Source: Amphiscolops sp. MND2022
Taxonomy: Eukaryota
Assembly (NCBI GenBank): GCA_964187785.1
Contig: OZ076409.1
Span: 46,378,001 to 46,442,000 of the forward strand
Length of the DNA: 64,000 bases
Direction: 5' to 3'
Part shown: positions 61,059 through 64,000 of the stretch, one piece after another
How positions within the stretch are numbered: the first letter of the stretch is position 1
How the letters are laid out: each line of letters begins with the position of its first letter
The notes under the pieces: model-generated
Databases searched by the model: none
What the model saw: only the letters and a program-made list of their open reading frames with translations
Told to the model about the DNA's origin: nothing
Position numbers and translations under genes: made by a program

Positions 61059-61457
61059 CTCTGAAATGGCTTGGGTTGAAGTTGCCCGTTTCGAAACTTT
61101 GGCCACTTGCATTGCTTTGCCAACGACCACCACCACCACCTCCTCCTCCTCCTCCTCCTCTGGGGAGACCACTGCCTCTATTTGCGAAATCGTAGATGTA
61201 GACAGTGATCTGGACACCGGAGCCATCGAAGATTTCGTCAATTAATCTCGATACGAAATCCCAATTTAGACCGTCCAACCCACAGCCTATCTGGGGAATG
61301 CTTATTTCGGTGACTGAATTTTTACAAGCGTGCTTCTTCATAGCTTGCAGCGAACTGATAAAATCGGGATATTTAGGCTTGTCGTTGAAATGTTTCTTCG
61401 TGACAAGGTTATACACGTATCTTTTTAATCTTCGATCTTCATACACAGCCACACCGC
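61059..61457 (-). CDS. OARD1: Internal exon of the second TARG1/OARD1-like gene (C-terminal half of the macrodomain plus poly-Gly); upstream exon(s) not found
   Basis: YVYNLVTKKHFNDKPKY...SLQAMK...IPQIGCGLDGLNW...ITVY. Acceptor at 61458 (alternative at 61468); donor G|GTATGA at 61058. Confidence 0.85.
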
Positions 61458-62394
61458 CTGTCAACAACTGCCAGTTTCAAATTTGTTGAAACTGAAGACA
61501 CCAACTGAATAGGTAAAAATTCTTAAAACAACATAAAACACACCAAGACGGAATTTAGGAGAAACCCGTGAAAAAGGAATATGTTGATTCGCATATATTG
61601 TATATTGATAAGCTTAAAATAAACAAGTCCGGATCGGTATAAATCGGCGCGCCGCTCAAGACTCAAAAAGAACAGTTCCTTAGATAGATATGCTCAAGTA
61701 GGGTTTTGAATAAATATATCTAATAAAATGAAACTTTCAAAAAGGGGCCACTTTTCAAATCTTAGGCAGTAAATGGAAAGCATTGAATTTTTCGGCCAAT
61801 TCGGGTGTATTGAAAACCACATTAAGCGCCGACTTAAAGATAACGTTTTATAACGAGGCCTTACTTTTGTTGATAGATAATCAATACTGAAAGCTTTATT
61901 CGCTGCATACAAATTGAGACACCGTTTTAAAAGCAATTAGCCGCAACTATACGTCGCAAAAGCACGGCACTAACTCCTAGATTGCTGTTTAGCAGCGAGT
62001 TTCATGCAATGTCCGGGTTATGAGTCACACTTATGTGAAATCAAAAAACGAAACTTTTTACTCATTTTTCGGCTTCAATTGCGAGTAATTGAGTTGGATA
62101 TTTACACAAAAAGTGGTGTTTCATATTAAACAAACTTAATATAAAATATTACAAAATGCCTTTTTTTCTAACGAAAAACGACCAAAGAGTAAGAGAAGAC
62201 AGTAAAACGGTTATTATCAATACTTACTCTTAACTGGCGCTGACAAGACGCCCGCTGACCAGCAGGATATTTTCCGTCCAAACTGTCCTAGCAACGACAT
62301 AATTTTGAGGCTCTAAAGTAGCCAATGAAAATACAGAGAAGTTCGAAGAAAAGTAAGTTTTGACATATTGACAAGCTCATAATGTCACCCATTT

Positions 62395-63136
62395 TTAGTC
62401 GGCGCCTTTTCCCTTAAGGAAAAAAGCCCGACTATTACAGTGGGTAGTTTTTTTTCTTTTTCAGCTTACAATCTCACTCTGAATGGTCCACTTTTTACAA
62501 TTTGTTCATCTGTTCTGTTGTTCATCTTCGACTAAATTTCTGAAGCCGGAGAGCGGGGGTTCGATTCTCGCACTAAACCATAATATTTTTATGCTTCCAA
62601 AAGTACAGCAGGTGAGACCAAAGGGTCCCCCCTTTGGGTTTTTTTTCGGCACTCTGCGACTTTTTTCGAAAATTTTCGAATGTCATCAAAGGGTACCCCT
62701 TGCATTTTTTTGAAGTTTTCGGTTTGTAAAAAACGTTTATTGGGCCTAAATGACCTCTTTTTGGGTTTTTCGGCACTGTGCGACTTTAACCGAAAAATAT
62801 ATATTTTTTTCAAATGCTTCCAATAGTTGTTTTCGGCTTAGTGAGACTTTTTTTCGCAAATTTTTCAAATGTCCCCAAAGGGTCCCACCCTTCATTTTTT
62901 CCTATTTTTCCAAAGAATGGATGTTCAAAAACTCCCGAATGCCCCCCTTTACATTTGTCGGCACTATGCGACTTACCGAGGACCAAAAAAAATTCAAATT
63001 TTTTTTTAAAAAATTTATTTTTTTTCTATTTTTTCCTCACGTGGGTTTTGTAGAAGAGAATACCTGACACATTGAAGTCCTTTTGCTATTTTTGAGCCTT
63101 AGATATGGCGCCGACTTGGGCCGTTCCCGGCTTGTT
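62395..63136 (+). mobile_element. Non-autonomous Helentron-like element (complete ends)
   Basis: TTAGTCGGCGC...GCCCGACT 5' fold-back; 3' GCGCCGACTTGG-GCCGTTCCCGGC-TTGTT. Confidence 0.75.
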
Positions 63137-63408
63137 AAAGGTAACACCCGATTCGAGGACACACCCAATACCACGAGCTGTAAGGATACCAGTACCTAAC
63201 CTACCAAATTATGATTTTATACAAAAAGCCACTAAAAAATTCAGAATAAAAAGATGAAACTTTTGATTTTGGTTCATTCTTATTGTATTATTCTACCTAG
63301 CCTCGACAGTTTTTTTTCACAACTTGCTAAAACTTTGATTTGTCACTTGATTCAGACGTTCTTTCGCATTTCTATGCAAAACATGTTTGTAAGAAGTAGG
63401 CTGAGGTT

Positions 63409-64000
63409 TTAGTTGTCCTCAATTGAGGACAAATGGTACCCCGATGCTTGATATGTATCACTAAAATTGTCAAAAAATATGCAGTTGAAAACTTTATTGC
63501 AGTATGAAATTTTACTATTCCAAACTGTATGGAAAAGTTTGAAACAATTATTTCGATCATTGAGACACATCGGAACGTTGCATTTCATGCACATCCAGCG
63601 AGATTTTCCACCACACGACTTTTTTGAAGGTCCATATAACGACATCTGGTGGCATTTTTGTTGCTACAGTGAACAGGAAGATGCCCGTCGGAACCGCGTT
63701 GGGATGGTACTGGTACGGGTTGAATTCTTAGAATATCTCCACTGATGATTCCGGAGCGCGTTTCGAGTTTTTTTCGCATGAACTGATATATCGTCAGTGA
63801 AAAGTATAGTGTATTCGAATAGGCGCATGGGTTTTCTCGGTCGAACCATATATTTATGGCGGCAAGTCTGAAACAATCTAAAATTACGCGGACAGTCCAC
63901 TTATTTGTCCTGTGTGCGAAATGTGGAAAAAGTGCAAGCATACGATCCATAAGATCCACAACACCCATGTTCGCATTGTATTCGCCACGGAATCAGATTG
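63409..64000 (-). pseudogene. piggyBac transposase C-terminal remnant (continues beyond the window)
   Basis: YNANMGVVDLMDRML...RTNKW...AAINIW, plus the cysteine-rich domain C..KC.VPMC..RNNCF..FH in a shifted frame. Confidence 0.85.

Noticed and set aside
62546..62575. tRNA or SINE (GGTTCGATTCT B-box-like)
   Set aside because: No A box or cloverleaf, imperfect T-stem, and it lies inside a Helentron-like copy.

Overview
AT-rich, repeat-dense animal (invertebrate-like) genomic DNA with spliceosomal introns; the species cannot be determined from this window. Host genes are a two-exon FoxF gene (+, 38943-42349) and two TARG1/OARD1-like macrodomain genes (-). One is intronless with a possible degenerate N-terminal macro repeat (55553-56488). 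The other is spliced with a poly-Gly/RG tail (60692-61457) and its 5' exon(s) were not found. The largest feature is a 15.9-kb Ty3/Gypsy LTR retrotransposon (-, 10819-26743) with ~99% identical LTRs. Its Pol continues past integrase through AT-hook and Cys motifs into two tandem, apparently catalytically dead TARG1-like macrodomains. The second is split off only by a 4-bp duplication. The element also has a possible duplicated pseudo-protease, a dUTPase-like fold, a PBS offset 15 nt from the LTR, a 4.5-kb leader with ~728-bp repeats and a candidate pseudoknot in the LTR. Other mobile DNA: an intron-containing deleted hAT element, a Tc1/IS630-like element, a decayed LINE, a piggyBac remnant, MITEs and many non-autonomous Helentron-like elements (one nested and carrying a 172-bp array). 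All domain calls are by-eye motif recognition; no searches were run.
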